This document shows positions 21,182-30,598 of a stretch of DNA of 64,000 bases, one piece after another. The stretch spans positions 252,294-316,293 of the forward strand of contig JAGDZU010000004.1 of assembly GCA_049115575.1 (NCBI GenBank), given 5' to 3'. Made by a program: the position numbers and the translations under genes. Origin of the DNA: Bacteroidia bacterium. Lineage in GTDB: Bacteria > Bacteroidota > Bacteroidia > NS11-12g > UBA9320. Within the stretch, counting starts at the first letter, position 1. The number at the start of each line of letters is the position of its first letter. The notes below the pieces were generated by a model. It was not told the DNA's origin, did not search any database, and saw only the letters and a program-made list of their open reading frames with translations.

Positions 21182-21213
21182 AAAAAAGTCCGAACAAAAA
21201 GTTCGGACTTTTT
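21182..21213. terminator. Bidirectional rho-independent terminator
   Basis: A perfect 8-bp stem GTCCGAAC/GTTCGGAC is flanked by an A-run and a T-run. It lies just downstream of the minus-strand gene ending at 21235. Confidence 0.6.
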
Positions 21214-21234
21214 TAAAATCTTATAAGGAAAGAA

Positions 21235-22146
21235 TTAACCTCCTATCACATAAATGAAGTTCACATTGAAACCCCATGCACCAAAAGATGATCTGTTTGC
21301 CCAGTTATCCATTGGTTTACTTGTGTCTACTGATGGATTAAATCCTGGATTATTAGATGAAGCATCCATGGCATCAACAAAATTAGTTTCCCTTTCCATA
21401 ACAGTTGGGAATGCCGTTTCTAAATCAACTCCGTCACTGTCTTCATATGAAGTAATCATTTCACTTGAACTTTGAATATTTAAGGCAATTGCTTGCAATT
21501 CAAATCCTAACTTCATGTTATCTGCAAGAGCTACAGCATAACCTACAGCAGTTTGAGCACCCATGCTAAACTTACCTGCAGTTTCAACTTCAATATTTCT
21601 AGTTACATCACCAGTAGGTCCACTAGCTTTTAAATCGACAGTTTTAATAGTTTTACCTCCGATTGGAATAATTAAACCTGTTCTTGCATATAATCCGTTT
21701 TCAGCGGAAAAAGTTAAACCAGGATTAAAACGAATCTGAGTGGATTGTGCAGTTGCAGTACCTTCAATAGTAAGAGTTCCTAAAGGTCCTAAATCGGCAG
21801 ATACATCTGTTTCACCAACAGTCACTGCAGGACCCATTAGATAGCAGAAATCTGCATTGAACATAACATGTTCAACAATAGGAATTCCGATACCCAAATT
21901 AATTGGGATACCTCCACCGCTGGAAAAATAAATGCTTTCAACATCAGGAGCAGCTGCATCGCCAGTTACTTTCTTACCAACGGCAAATCCTTGATTACCA
22001 ACATCATTAGGGTTGAAATTGTCGGTGGTCGACATAAATGAATTCATGAGATAACCTGTACCCAAGCTAATCTCAATTTGTGCAAATGCTGAAGATGCCA
22101 TAAACATAGCAGCCACAAGCATTATAAAGGGTTTCATGTTTTTCAT
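21235..22146 (-). CDS. Hypothetical secreted protein, possibly an outer-membrane beta-barrel
   Basis: The signal peptide ends ...SSAFAQ. The composition is Gly/Thr/Ala/Asn-rich and beta-strand-like. Confidence 0.45.
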   Translation of the reverse strand: MKNMKPFIMLVAAMFMASSAFAQIEISLGTGYLMNSFMSTTDNFNPNDVGNQGFAVGKKVTGDAAAPDVESIYFSSGGGIPINLGIGIPIVEHVMFNADFCYLMGPAVTVGETDVSADLGPLGTLTIEGTATAQSTQIRFNPGLTFSAENGLYARTGLIIPIGGKTIKTVDLKASGPTGDVTRNIEVETAGKFSMGAQTAVGYAVALADNMKLGFELQAIALNIQSSSEMITSYEDSDGVDLETAFPTVMERETNFVDAMDASSNNPGFNPSVDTSKPMDNWANRSSFGAWGFNVNFIYVIGG

Positions 22147-22245
22147 AATTGTACAATTATTTGATTATGTTGTTAACAAAGAAAAAGCCTAATGCTATAT
22201 ACTTGAATATCAATTATCAACATATGTAATTAAGTGTACACAGTA

Positions 22246-22253
22246 TACATTTG
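22246..22253 (+). promoter_or_regulatory. Candidate Bacteroidota sigma-A -7 element (TAcaTTTG) upstream of the esterase gene
   Basis: It matches the TAnnTTTG consensus 18 bp upstream of the ATG at 22271. Confidence 0.25.
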
Positions 22254-22270
22254 AATATTGATGAAATATC

Positions 22271-22900
22271 ATGAACGAACTTGAAATTCAATTCACATCA
22301 AAAGCCAGATATTATACTCTAGGAAGCCAAGAATCAAAAACCTTAGTATATGTTCTCCATGGCTATGGTCAGCTGGCTAAATTGTTCATTCAAAAGTTCA
22401 AAAGTCTTGAAAATGAGCATTATATAGTTGCTCCTGAGGGTCTTCATCGATTTTATTTGGAAGGACATAGCGGTAGAGTTGGAGCGAGTTGGATGAGTAA
22501 AGAGAATCGCTTAACAGATATTAAGAACTACTTAAGCTACCTCAATAAATTGCACTTCGAGATTAAAGGAAATTCCTATGAACGTATAGTGATATTGGGC
22601 TTTAGTCAAGGAGTGGCTACTGCTTTTCGTTGGATTGCAGATGGGAAAGTGAAACCAAATACATTTTTAATAGCTAGTGGCATGATTCCACCTGATGTTA
22701 GCATAGAAGCAAATCAATCGATTTTTTCAAATATGGACATTGCCTATATCACAGGTGACAATGACCCTTTTAAAGATGAAAAGGAAGTCCGAGATTTCTT
22801 AAAGCAATTTGAAAAATGGGGTATTTCATTGCAACAAAGAGTTTTCAAAGGGGGTCACATCATAGACTTAGAATCTATAAAAAGCTTATTACTAGCATAG
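22271..22900 (+). CDS. Alpha/beta-hydrolase-fold esterase (phospholipase/carboxylesterase-like)
   Basis: It has the HGYGQ oxyanion-type motif and a GFSQG nucleophile elbow, with a conserved His near the C-terminus. Confidence 0.55.
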   Translation: MNELEIQFTSKARYYTLGSQESKTLVYVLHGYGQLAKLFIQKFKSLENEHYIVAPEGLHRFYLEGHSGRVGASWMSKENRLTDIKNYLSYLNKLHFEIKGNSYERIVILGFSQGVATAFRWIADGKVKPNTFLIASGMIPPDVSIEANQSIFSNMDIAYITGDNDPFKDEKEVRDFLKQFEKWGISLQQRVFKGGHIIDLESIKSLLLA

Positions 22901-22981
22901 TATAACTGTTAAAGCCTGATGACAACTGATTGTTAAGTAAATCTTAAACTAAAAACTTACGTTTGCAAAAATTTTTAAGAC

Positions 22982-23203
22982 ATGAATTCTAAAAAGGTTC
23001 TATTGTTTCTTATTCTAAGCATTAGCATTGTTCCAAGCACATTTGCTTATCTAGACCCAGGTTCTGGAAGCTATATAGTGCAAATGATTATTGCCGGAAT
23101 ATTAGGTGGTTTCTATGCCCTTAAACTTTACTGGGTGCGAATAATGAATTTCTTTAAAGGTGCTCCTCAAGCTGATCCAGATGAGGAATTGAACAATGAG
23201 TAG
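22982..23203 (+). CDS. Small two-TM membrane protein (73 aa), translationally coupled to the downstream gene
   Basis: It has two hydrophobic helices and a conserved-looking DPGSGS loop. It overlaps the next start by 8 nt. Confidence 0.4.
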   Translation: MNSKKVLLFLILSISIVPSTFAYLDPGSGSYIVQMIIAGILGGFYALKLYWVRIMNFFKGAPQADPDEELNNE

Positions 23204-24560
23204 ACATCCGTCTTCTTTCCGGGATCCTTCAGGTTTTATATTTACTCAAGGTAGCCGTTTGCTCAGACAGATTAATGCTGTTGCCAAGACAGATTATGAT
23301 CTTATGATGAGCTCTGGCCTTTATGACTATTTAGTTAAAAAGGAATTGTTGGTTGCACATAAAGAAGTAGAAAACATTCATAGTGATGCTTATAAAACCT
23401 TAGAGCCCGATCATATTCCGTTCATTTCATACCCCTATGAATGGTCATTTGACCAGCTTAAAGACGCTGCACTCCTCACACTGAGAATTCAAAAAATTGC
23501 ACTTAAACACGGCATGACTTTGAAAGATTCTTCAGCTTATAATGTGCAGTTCTGTAAAGGCAAGCCAATCTTTATTGACAGCCTATCTTTTGAGAAATAC
23601 AAAGAAGGAAAACCTTGGGATGCATACAAGCAATTCTGTCAGCATTTTCTTGCTCCTCTTGCATTAGCCTCCTATAAAGATATTAGGTTGAACAAATTAA
23701 TGCAGACCTTTATTGATGGAGTCCCTCTGGATTTGGCTAGTACACTTTTGCCTTCAAGAACAAAACTAAAGTTCTCTTTCCTGAGCCATATTCATTGGCA
23801 TGCTAAAACTCAAGTAAAGCATGCGGATAAAGCAAAAGACCAAAAGAAGATTGCCAAAGTGAGCCAAACAGGTCTTTTGGGGATTATCAGCAATTTAAAA
23901 GGAACTATTGAAAAGTTAAGTTGGAATAGCGGCGATACCGAATGGGGAGACTATTACAATAACACCAACTATAGCGAAGGTTCATTTGAACAAAAAATGA
24001 TTATTATTCAAGAGTATTTAAATACACTTGAAGCAAAATCCCTATGGGATCTCGGAGCCAATGATGGCACTTTCAGTATGATTGCTGCCAATCTTGGCAT
24101 AGAGACCTTGGCTTGCGATATTGATCCTATTGCAGTTAACAAAAACTATTTAAAAGTTAAGAACGAAGGCATAACCAACATGCATCCTCTTTTAATGGAT
24201 TTGACCAATCCAAGTCCTGACTTGGGATGGGCGCATACAGAAAGAGACAGCCTTCAATCTCGTGGTCCTGCCGATTGTATTATGGCATTGGCATTAGTTC
24301 ACCACCTTGCCATTTCAAACAATCTCCCTATGGAACTCATAGCAACTTACTTTGGTAAACTAGGCAAACACCTCATCATTGAATTTGTACCTAAAGGAGA
24401 TTCCAAAGTTGATACACTTTTAAGTACCAGAGATGATATATTCCCTAACTACACCTACGAAGGTTTTGAGAAGGCCTTTTCATCCGTTTTTGACTTGATG
24501 GAGAAACGCTCCATTGATGGAAGTGATCGGACTTTATATCTTTACAAAACTCGAAGTTGA
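23196..24560 (+). CDS. Two-domain protein: N-terminal uncharacterised (possibly kinase-like) domain plus C-terminal class I SAM-dependent (PrmA-like) methyltransferase domain
   Basis: The C-terminal LWDLGANDGTFSMIAANLG...ACDIDPIAVN resembles motif I/II of PrmA-type methyltransferases. The N-terminal half has a D-x4-N ... IDS arrangement reminiscent of a kinase-like catalytic loop, which is speculative. Confidence 0.55.
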   Translation: MSRHPSSFRDPSGFIFTQGSRLLRQINAVAKTDYDLMMSSGLYDYLVKKELLVAHKEVENIHSDAYKTLEPDHIPFISYPYEWSFDQLKDAALLTLRIQKIALKHGMTLKDSSAYNVQFCKGKPIFIDSLSFEKYKEGKPWDAYKQFCQHFLAPLALASYKDIRLNKLMQTFIDGVPLDLASTLLPSRTKLKFSFLSHIHWHAKTQVKHADKAKDQKKIAKVSQTGLLGIISNLKGTIEKLSWNSGDTEWGDYYNNTNYSEGSFEQKMIIIQEYLNTLEAKSLWDLGANDGTFSMIAANLGIETLACDIDPIAVNKNYLKVKNEGITNMHPLLMDLTNPSPDLGWAHTERDSLQSRGPADCIMALALVHHLAISNNLPMELIATYFGKLGKHLIIEFVPKGDSKVDTLLSTRDDIFPNYTYEGFEKAFSSVFDLMEKRSIDGSDRTLYLYKTRS

Positions 24561-26104
24561 AACGCTTTTCATGGCATAGTATCTTTATCACGCTTTACTC
24601 GGTGGTCTTCTTATATGCCGAGAATATTAAATATGTAAAACTCGAAGACATTTACTCCCCTTTGTTATATGTATCATTGGGTGCCTTAGTTGTTTTTATA
24701 CTGGCATGGCTGGTGTATAGAAAAATTGTTAAAGCTGGAATAATAACCACCGTTCTTTTACTCCTATTCTTTAGTTATGGGCACTACCACGGTTTACTTT
24801 ACCCTCAACGCATTCCCGTAATCAATGTTCGATTTGACCACAATTTTTATAAATGGAGTAGCCTTATTATTTGTCTGTTTATGTTCTGGAGGTTGTGGCT
24901 CATCAAGTCAGACCAAAGAAAAACTAATAGCATATTAAACTTTGTTAGTCTGCTATTACTGGCGATGCCCGTTTATAAGATAATTGAGCATCAATTTGAT
25001 TTAAAAACAGACGTTCCATTTCAAAAAAAGACTGCGGTAGTAGAACATATAGATATTGAAACCAAGCCAAGTATATATTACTTGATTATGGATGCATATG
25101 GAAGAAATGATGTTTTGAAAGAGTTGTATGACTATGACAACAGCGAATTTACAGACTACCTCAAAGACAAAGGCTTTTTCGTTGCTGATCAAAGCTTTTC
25201 CAACTATAACAAAACCGTTCTTTCTATTCCATCATCAATGAACATGATGTACTTAGATTCAATAGCCGATGAATTGGGGCATCAGAGTGAGAATCAAACC
25301 CCTCTGCTTCAAATGATAGATAGAAACAGAACTGTAAATCAGTTGGATGCATTTGGCTATACTTCATTTGCATTTGATGCACCCATACTTCCTTACTTGT
25401 TTTTCGACTCAGCTGATTTGTTCTACGAAACACCTGGAGCTTACATCAATTTGTTCGAAAATGAACTCATTAACACATCTATCATTCGTGCGTTCAAGAG
25501 AAAAGAAGCTAAATCTTCCGTTGATCAATGGGAACATCACAGAAAAAAAATATTAACGGCTTTCGACAAAATTGAAGCCATAAGTAAGAGGGATGAGCCT
25601 TATTATGTTCACGGACACATACTTGCCCCTCATCAACCTTTTGTTTTTGGCGCGGAAGGAGAACCTCTCAACCCTGAGCACCACTACACATGTTGGATGC
25701 CTATAGAAGATGGACGTGATCCACAGGAATATCGCGAAGAATATATCGCCCAACTCAAGTTTATTAATAAGAAACTAATCCAGACTGTGGATGCCATCCT
25801 GGCCAATTCCAAGACAGATCCAATCATTATTATTCAAGGCGATCACGGGCCATGCGCAGAACTCACCAATACACAAACCATAGAGGGTAATAATTTTTTT
25901 GAGAGAATGCCTATAATAAATGCCTACTATTTCCCAGAAAAGAAATACTCTTCACTATACCCCTCAATTAGTCCCGTGAATACATTCAGAGTGGTATTTA
26001 ACCAATACTTCAATAAGAACTACAAACTTCTTCCAGACAGTTCCTTTTATTCCACTTGGAAGCATCACTATGATTTTGTGAATGTGACCGATAGTCTGAA
26101 TTAG
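24557..26104 (+). CDS. Membrane-anchored sulfatase-like hydrolase/transferase (alkaline-phosphatase superfamily, LTA-synthase/phosphoethanolamine-transferase-like)
   Basis: It has about 5 N-terminal TM helices followed by a sulfatase-fold domain (YYLIMDAYGRND ... HGHILAPHQPF ... IIIQGDHGP). It overlaps the upstream gene by 4 nt. Confidence 0.7.
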   Translation: MKRFSWHSIFITLYSVVFLYAENIKYVKLEDIYSPLLYVSLGALVVFILAWLVYRKIVKAGIITTVLLLLFFSYGHYHGLLYPQRIPVINVRFDHNFYKWSSLIICLFMFWRLWLIKSDQRKTNSILNFVSLLLLAMPVYKIIEHQFDLKTDVPFQKKTAVVEHIDIETKPSIYYLIMDAYGRNDVLKELYDYDNSEFTDYLKDKGFFVADQSFSNYNKTVLSIPSSMNMMYLDSIADELGHQSENQTPLLQMIDRNRTVNQLDAFGYTSFAFDAPILPYLFFDSADLFYETPGAYINLFENELINTSIIRAFKRKEAKSSVDQWEHHRKKILTAFDKIEAISKRDEPYYVHGHILAPHQPFVFGAEGEPLNPEHHYTCWMPIEDGRDPQEYREEYIAQLKFINKKLIQTVDAILANSKTDPIIIIQGDHGPCAELTNTQTIEGNNFFERMPIINAYYFPEKKYSSLYPSISPVNTFRVVFNQYFNKNYKLLPDSSFYSTWKHHYDFVNVTDSLN

Positions 26105-26949
26105 TATTCTTTAAGACTAAGGTCAAGACTTTTTACGCTGTGAGTTAAAGCGCCAACGGAAATATAGTCGACTCCTGTTTCTGCATATGCTCTTATGGTG
26201 TCTTCAGTTATTCCACCAGATGCTTCTGTTTCGCATCTACCGTTCACTATACTCACCGCTTGCACCATCAATTCAGGGCTAAAATTATCAAACATGATCC
26301 TATCCACCTTCCCCGTGTCTAAAGCTTGCTGTACCTCGTCTAAATTTCTAGTCTCCACCTCAATTTCCAGTTTTTTATTGTTGGAGTTCAAGTACTCCAC
26401 GGTTCGTTTTACCGCTTCTTTAATGCCACTGGCGTAATCAATATGATTGTCTTTGAGCATAACCATATCATATAAACCGAATCTATGGTTGGTTCCTCCA
26501 CCAATTTTAACAGCCCATTTTTCGACTGCCCTCATTCCTGGTGTAGTTTTACGAGTATCAAGAAGTTTGGCTGATGTTCCCTCTATTATATCTACCAATC
26601 GTTTGGTATAAGTTGCGATTCCGCTCATCCTTTGCATAAAATTAAGCATCAAACGCTCCGCTTGTAATATGCTTTGCACTTTCCCTTCTATGGTAAATGC
26701 AATTTGCCCATATTCAACAGAGTCCCCGTCTTTTAACAAAGGCTTAAATATTATTTCTGAATCTATTTTATGAAGTATGAGCTTGGCTAATTCCACTCCT
26801 GCCAGAGTCCCTTTATCCTTCACTAACAGCCTAGCTCGTCCTTGAGAATCGCTTGGTATGGAACCCAAACTGCTATGATCTCCATCGCCAATATCTTCAC
26901 GTATGGCAAGATTTATGATTTCATGAATAAATGGATGATCAACATTCAT
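26101..26949 (-). CDS. nadC: Nicotinate-nucleotide pyrophosphorylase [carboxylating] (quinolinate phosphoribosyltransferase)
   Basis: It shows the typical NadC length and motifs (TRKTTPG, MLKDNH, GVDYISVGALTHS). Confidence 0.85.
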   Translation of the reverse strand: MNVDHPFIHEIINLAIREDIGDGDHSSLGSIPSDSQGRARLLVKDKGTLAGVELAKLILHKIDSEIIFKPLLKDGDSVEYGQIAFTIEGKVQSILQAERLMLNFMQRMSGIATYTKRLVDIIEGTSAKLLDTRKTTPGMRAVEKWAVKIGGGTNHRFGLYDMVMLKDNHIDYASGIKEAVKRTVEYLNSNNKKLEIEVETRNLDEVQQALDTGKVDRIMFDNFSPELMVQAVSIVNGRCETEASGGITEDTIRAYAETGVDYISVGALTHSVKSLDLSLKEY

Positions 26950-26963
26950 GCAGCAAAGCTATA

Positions 26964-27371
26964 TTAATCTTCAAAAGAGAGGCCTTGAATTAAATAGTTC
27001 TCGCCTACTTTCTTTAAGAAAATACTCACGCGGAAGGTCTGCCCCTTGCTAGTGTAAGAGCCAATAATAAATTTAGATCCTCCTGCTGAATTCCCGGTAT
27101 GCCCCACAGTGTATGAACTGCATGGATACTGATTGAAAAAGGATTTCAATACTTGACTAGCCTGATTCTGACTGTAAACACCATCTGTATCTGGTGTTAC
27201 CACCTCAATGCTACTATCAAAATATGTGCTGATCTTGCTAACATCGCCTGATAGCAATGCCGCTTCAATTTGTTTTACTACAGCGTCTTGTCCAAAGGCA
27301 AAAAGCTGAATTCCCAGTAAAAACAATGTGCTGAATCTTTTTATTGATTTCATCATATTTAGTATATCCAA
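26964..27371 (-). CDS. Hypothetical secreted protein
   Basis: It has a signal peptide and is 135 aa. No family is recognised. Confidence 0.45.
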   Translation of the reverse strand: MDILNMMKSIKRFSTLFLLGIQLFAFGQDAVVKQIEAALLSGDVSKISTYFDSSIEVVTPDTDGVYSQNQASQVLKSFFNQYPCSSYTVGHTGNSAGGSKFIIGSYTSKGQTFRVSIFLKKVGENYLIQGLSFED

Positions 27372-27467
27372 GCTTATGCCAAAGTTAAAGAAAAGAGCAC
27401 AGAAGGGAAAGAATATGATCTTTCAAGCTTAAAAACTAAAACGCTCTAAGCACGGAACTCGTTGAAA

Positions 27468-28196
27468 ATGATGATAATTGCAGTTCAAATGAATTCTTCT
27501 GATCACCCACATATTTTTTTCGATCTCGATCACACTTTGTGGGATTTTGAAGCCAATGCAGAGGCAACTCTTCGCGAATTGTATGATTATTACGACATAG
27601 TTAACAGAACAGATAGCTCCGTAGATGTATTCATTCAAACCTATAGCAGAGTTAATAATCGCTATTGGGCACTATACAGAAAGCAGCAAGTTAGCAAAGC
27701 TGACCTTCGTGTTCAACGCTTTACAGACACTTTCGCAGAAGTTGGGATAGAACGAGCAGATATTCCAAAAGGGATTTGGGAGCACTACATAGAAATATGC
27801 CCTACCAAGACCCAATTGATGGCCGGAGCAAAGGAAACGCTTGATTATTTGTCCCAAAACCACAAATTACATTTGATTACCAACGGATTTGAAGAGACAC
27901 AACACAGAAAGCTAAAGAATACCAAGCTTGAACAGTATTTTCAAAGTTTAACGATTTCTGAAGTGGTTGGGTCTCAGAAACCATCGCCCTATATATTTAA
28001 GCAAGCGCTGTTAAATGCAGGTTTAACTGCTGAAGAAAGCACCTATGTTGGTGATAATTTTGAAGCCGATGTTCAAGGGGGCATCAATGCTGGCTGGCAA
28101 GTTTTCTGGCTAAATGAGACTAATTCTCATCCCGATTTCACACACCCCAAACTGGTGCGAATTAAAAAACTCTTGGAACTCAAAAAGCACTTCTAG
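27468..28196 (+). CDS. HAD-superfamily hydrolase (YjjG-like noncanonical pyrimidine nucleotidase subfamily IA)
   Basis: HAD motif I is FFDLDHTLWD and motif III/IV is VGDNFEADVQG. The ATG at 27468 is preferred over the upstream TTG of the ORF track. Confidence 0.7.
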   Translation: MMIIAVQMNSSDHPHIFFDLDHTLWDFEANAEATLRELYDYYDIVNRTDSSVDVFIQTYSRVNNRYWALYRKQQVSKADLRVQRFTDTFAEVGIERADIPKGIWEHYIEICPTKTQLMAGAKETLDYLSQNHKLHLITNGFEETQHRKLKNTKLEQYFQSLTISEVVGSQKPSPYIFKQALLNAGLTAEESTYVGDNFEADVQGGINAGWQVFWLNETNSHPDFTHPKLVRIKKLLELKKHF

Positions 28197-28218
28197 CTTT
28201 TATATATCTTCGCCCACA

Positions 28219-28992
28219 GTGAAGAATACCAATCGCGTTGACACCGAGCTTTTTGAACAAGAACACTATCTTGGAAAGCCCGCTGAGTTCAATGATAAAA
28301 TCATTGGTAGAAGATTAAATCTTCTACATCAAGTAGAAAATTTCTGTGGTACAGATTTAAACTGTTTAGAAATTGGCTGTGGCATTGGAGCTACCGCGGT
28401 ACAACTGTCATCTGATTTTAAAGAAGTGGTTGGTATAGAGTATTACGAAGGCCATGGTAAAGAATTCAACGATCTCAAAACCAAAATGCAGGCCGACAAT
28501 GTCTCTTTTCAGGTTCACAATATAGAAGAACAACCAACTGAATTTAAATACGACAGACTGGTGAGTTTCGAGGTTATAGAACATTTGAACTCTGAAGACG
28601 GAGTAATGAACTACGCCAAGAGTTTGAAAGATGAAGGACTTGCAATAATTAGTGTTCCCAACAAATGGTGGGTATTTGAACAACATGGAGCTAGACTACC
28701 TCTATTGCCATGGAATAGAGTGCCCTTCTTTTCATGGTTGCCTAGACCACTTCATGAAAGGTGGGCTTTGGCTCGTATCTATACCAAAAGACGTATACGC
28801 AAATTGCTAGAAAAATCAGGATTTGAAGTCTTAAGCTGCAAATACATAACTGCTCCTATGGATGTTTTACCCGAGGGCTGGCTTAAACAATTACTCACCA
28901 CTACCATATTCAAATCAGACAGTACATCTGTCCCTTTCCTAAGCACATCTATTTTTGTGGTAGCGAGAAAAAAATCAAGAGTTGAGCATTGA
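28219..28992 (+). CDS. Class I SAM-dependent methyltransferase; the start is likely the GTG at 28219, since the ORF-track start overlaps the preceding gene
   Basis: Motif I is [12 protein letters not shown]. The acidic motif II is IEY and motif III is VSFEVIEH. There is no in-frame ATG between the upstream gene's stop and motif I. Confidence 0.6.
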   Translation: MKNTNRVDTELFEQEHYLGKPAEFNDKIIGRRLNLLHQVENFCGTDLNCLEIGCGIGATAVQLSSDFKEVVGIEYYEGHGKEFNDLKTKMQADNVSFQVHNIEEQPTEFKYDRLVSFEVIEHLNSEDGVMNYAKSLKDEGLAIISVPNKWWVFEQHGARLPLLPWNRVPFFSWLPRPLHERWALARIYTKRRIRKLLEKSGFEVLSCKYITAPMDVLPEGWLKQLLTTTIFKSDSTSVPFLSTSIFVVARKKSRVEH

Positions 28993-29966
28993 CCACAGCT
29001 TATCCTTTAGCTCTGGAATGTTCTTCTGACTCACACTAGATATAAAGATAACCGGAGCATCGAATATGATAGATTCTCTAATTTCATCCTCCAATTCTTG
29101 ATCCAATAAATCTGATTTGCTTATGGCAACCAAACGGTCTTTGTACAACAGCTCTTTATTGAATTTTTCAAGCTCGGAAAGTAAAACGTCATACTCTTTA
29201 TTAATGTCTTCTGCATCTGCAGGAATAAGGAATAGTAGAGCAGCGTTTCTTTCAATATGCTTTAAAAATCTGTGACCCAAACCTTTGCCTTCAGATGCTC
29301 CTTCTATAATTCCAGGTATGTCTGCCATTATAAAAGATTTGTAATCTCTATACTTTACAATTCCCAGGTTTGGTGTTAATGTAGTAAAGGCATAGTCGGC
29401 AATCTGAGGTTTCGCTGCAGTCACTACTGATAGAAGTGTAGATTTACCGGCATTTGGGAAACCAACTAATCCAACATCTGCAAGAACCTTGAGTTCTAAG
29501 ATTTTCCATTCCTCTTTTCCTTCTTCACCGGGTTGGGCATATCTAGGAACCTGATTTACGGAACTCTTAAAATGCCAGTTTCCAAGTCCGCCTCGGCCGC
29601 CTTTTAACAACACCTTCTCTTCTCCATCTTCAGTTATTTCAAACAAAACTTCACCAGTTTCTGCATCCTTTGCTACTGTACCCAATGGCACTTCTAGCAC
29701 TTGATTCTTGCCACTTTTACCAGAGCTTCTACCGCCACCTCCATTGCTCCCAGACTCACAAATAATATGCTTGCGATACTTGAGATGAAGCAAAGTCCAT
29801 AACTGAGCATTTCCTCTTAGAATCACTGAACCACCAGGGCCTCCATCTCCTCCATCTGGCCCTCCTTTAGAATTGAGTTTGTCTCTAAAGAAGTGATGAC
29901 TCCCCGCTCCACCCTTGCCGGTACGGCAATTGATTTTTACATAGTCTATGAAGTTTTCTGTGGCCA
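28975..29966 (-). CDS. obg: GTPase Obg/CgtA; proposed GTG start at 29966 overlapping the adk stop (TAGTG)
   Basis: The Obg fold begins FIDYVKI. The G-domain motifs [13 protein letters not shown] and SKSD are present. The track ORF extends 40 nt into adk, whereas a GTG start gives the canonical [13 protein letters not shown]-terminus. Confidence 0.8.
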
Positions 29967-30554
29967 CTATGCTGTGTCGGAAGTTTTCATCTCTATGGCT
30001 GCACAAAGACGATCGAAAATATCATCAATGCTTCCCATACCGTGAACTCCCATATACTTTTCCTGATTAGAATAGAATTTCGCCAAAGGTGATGTTTCAT
30101 CGGTGTAAACTCTAAATCTATTCCTTATGGTTTCCTCGTTTTGATCATCGGCTCTGCCAGAAGTTTTCCCTCTTTCAAGCAGTCTTCTAACCAATTCATC
30201 CTCATCAACTTCCAAAGCCAACATAAGATCTATCTTCATTGACCTTTTAGCCAACATGGAATCTAAGGCTTCTCCTTGAGCTATTGTTCTAGGAAATCCG
30301 TCGAAAATAAATCCGCCGCTGTTTTCATTTCGGTCTAAGAAATCTCCGACCATATTAACAGTAACTTCATCAGGAACCAGTTCACCTTTTTCAATGTACT
30401 GTTTGGCTAGTATTCCCAGCTCAGTATCGTTCTTCATATTGAATCTGAAAACATCTCCAGTAGACAAATGAGTCAATTCATATTTCTCGATTAATTTTTC
30501 CGACTGAGTGCCTTTTCCAGCACCAGGAGGGCCAAATAAAATGATGTTCAACAT
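29967..30554 (-). CDS. adk: Adenylate kinase
   Basis: The P-loop [10 protein letters not shown] and the LID/NMP-binding motifs are present. It is 195 aa. Confidence 0.9.
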   Translation of the reverse strand: MLNIILFGPPGAGKGTQSEKLIEKYELTHLSTGDVFRFNMKNDTELGILAKQYIEKGELVPDEVTVNMVGDFLDRNENSGGFIFDGFPRTIAQGEALDSMLAKRSMKIDLMLALEVDEDELVRRLLERGKTSGRADDQNEETIRNRFRVYTDETSPLAKFYSNQEKYMGVHGMGSIDDIFDRLCAAIEMKTSDTA

Positions 30555-30598
30555 ACTAGCGGCAAAAGTAGATTTATTTATGAAAGCTGCGCTTTTAC

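Noticed and set aside
22204-22261. Two TTGAATAT(C/T) copies, one an imperfect palindrome TTGAATATCAA, in the esterase upstream region
   Set aside because: They are too short and AT-rich to separate from chance in this AT-rich intergenic DNA. They are noted only as a possible operator.
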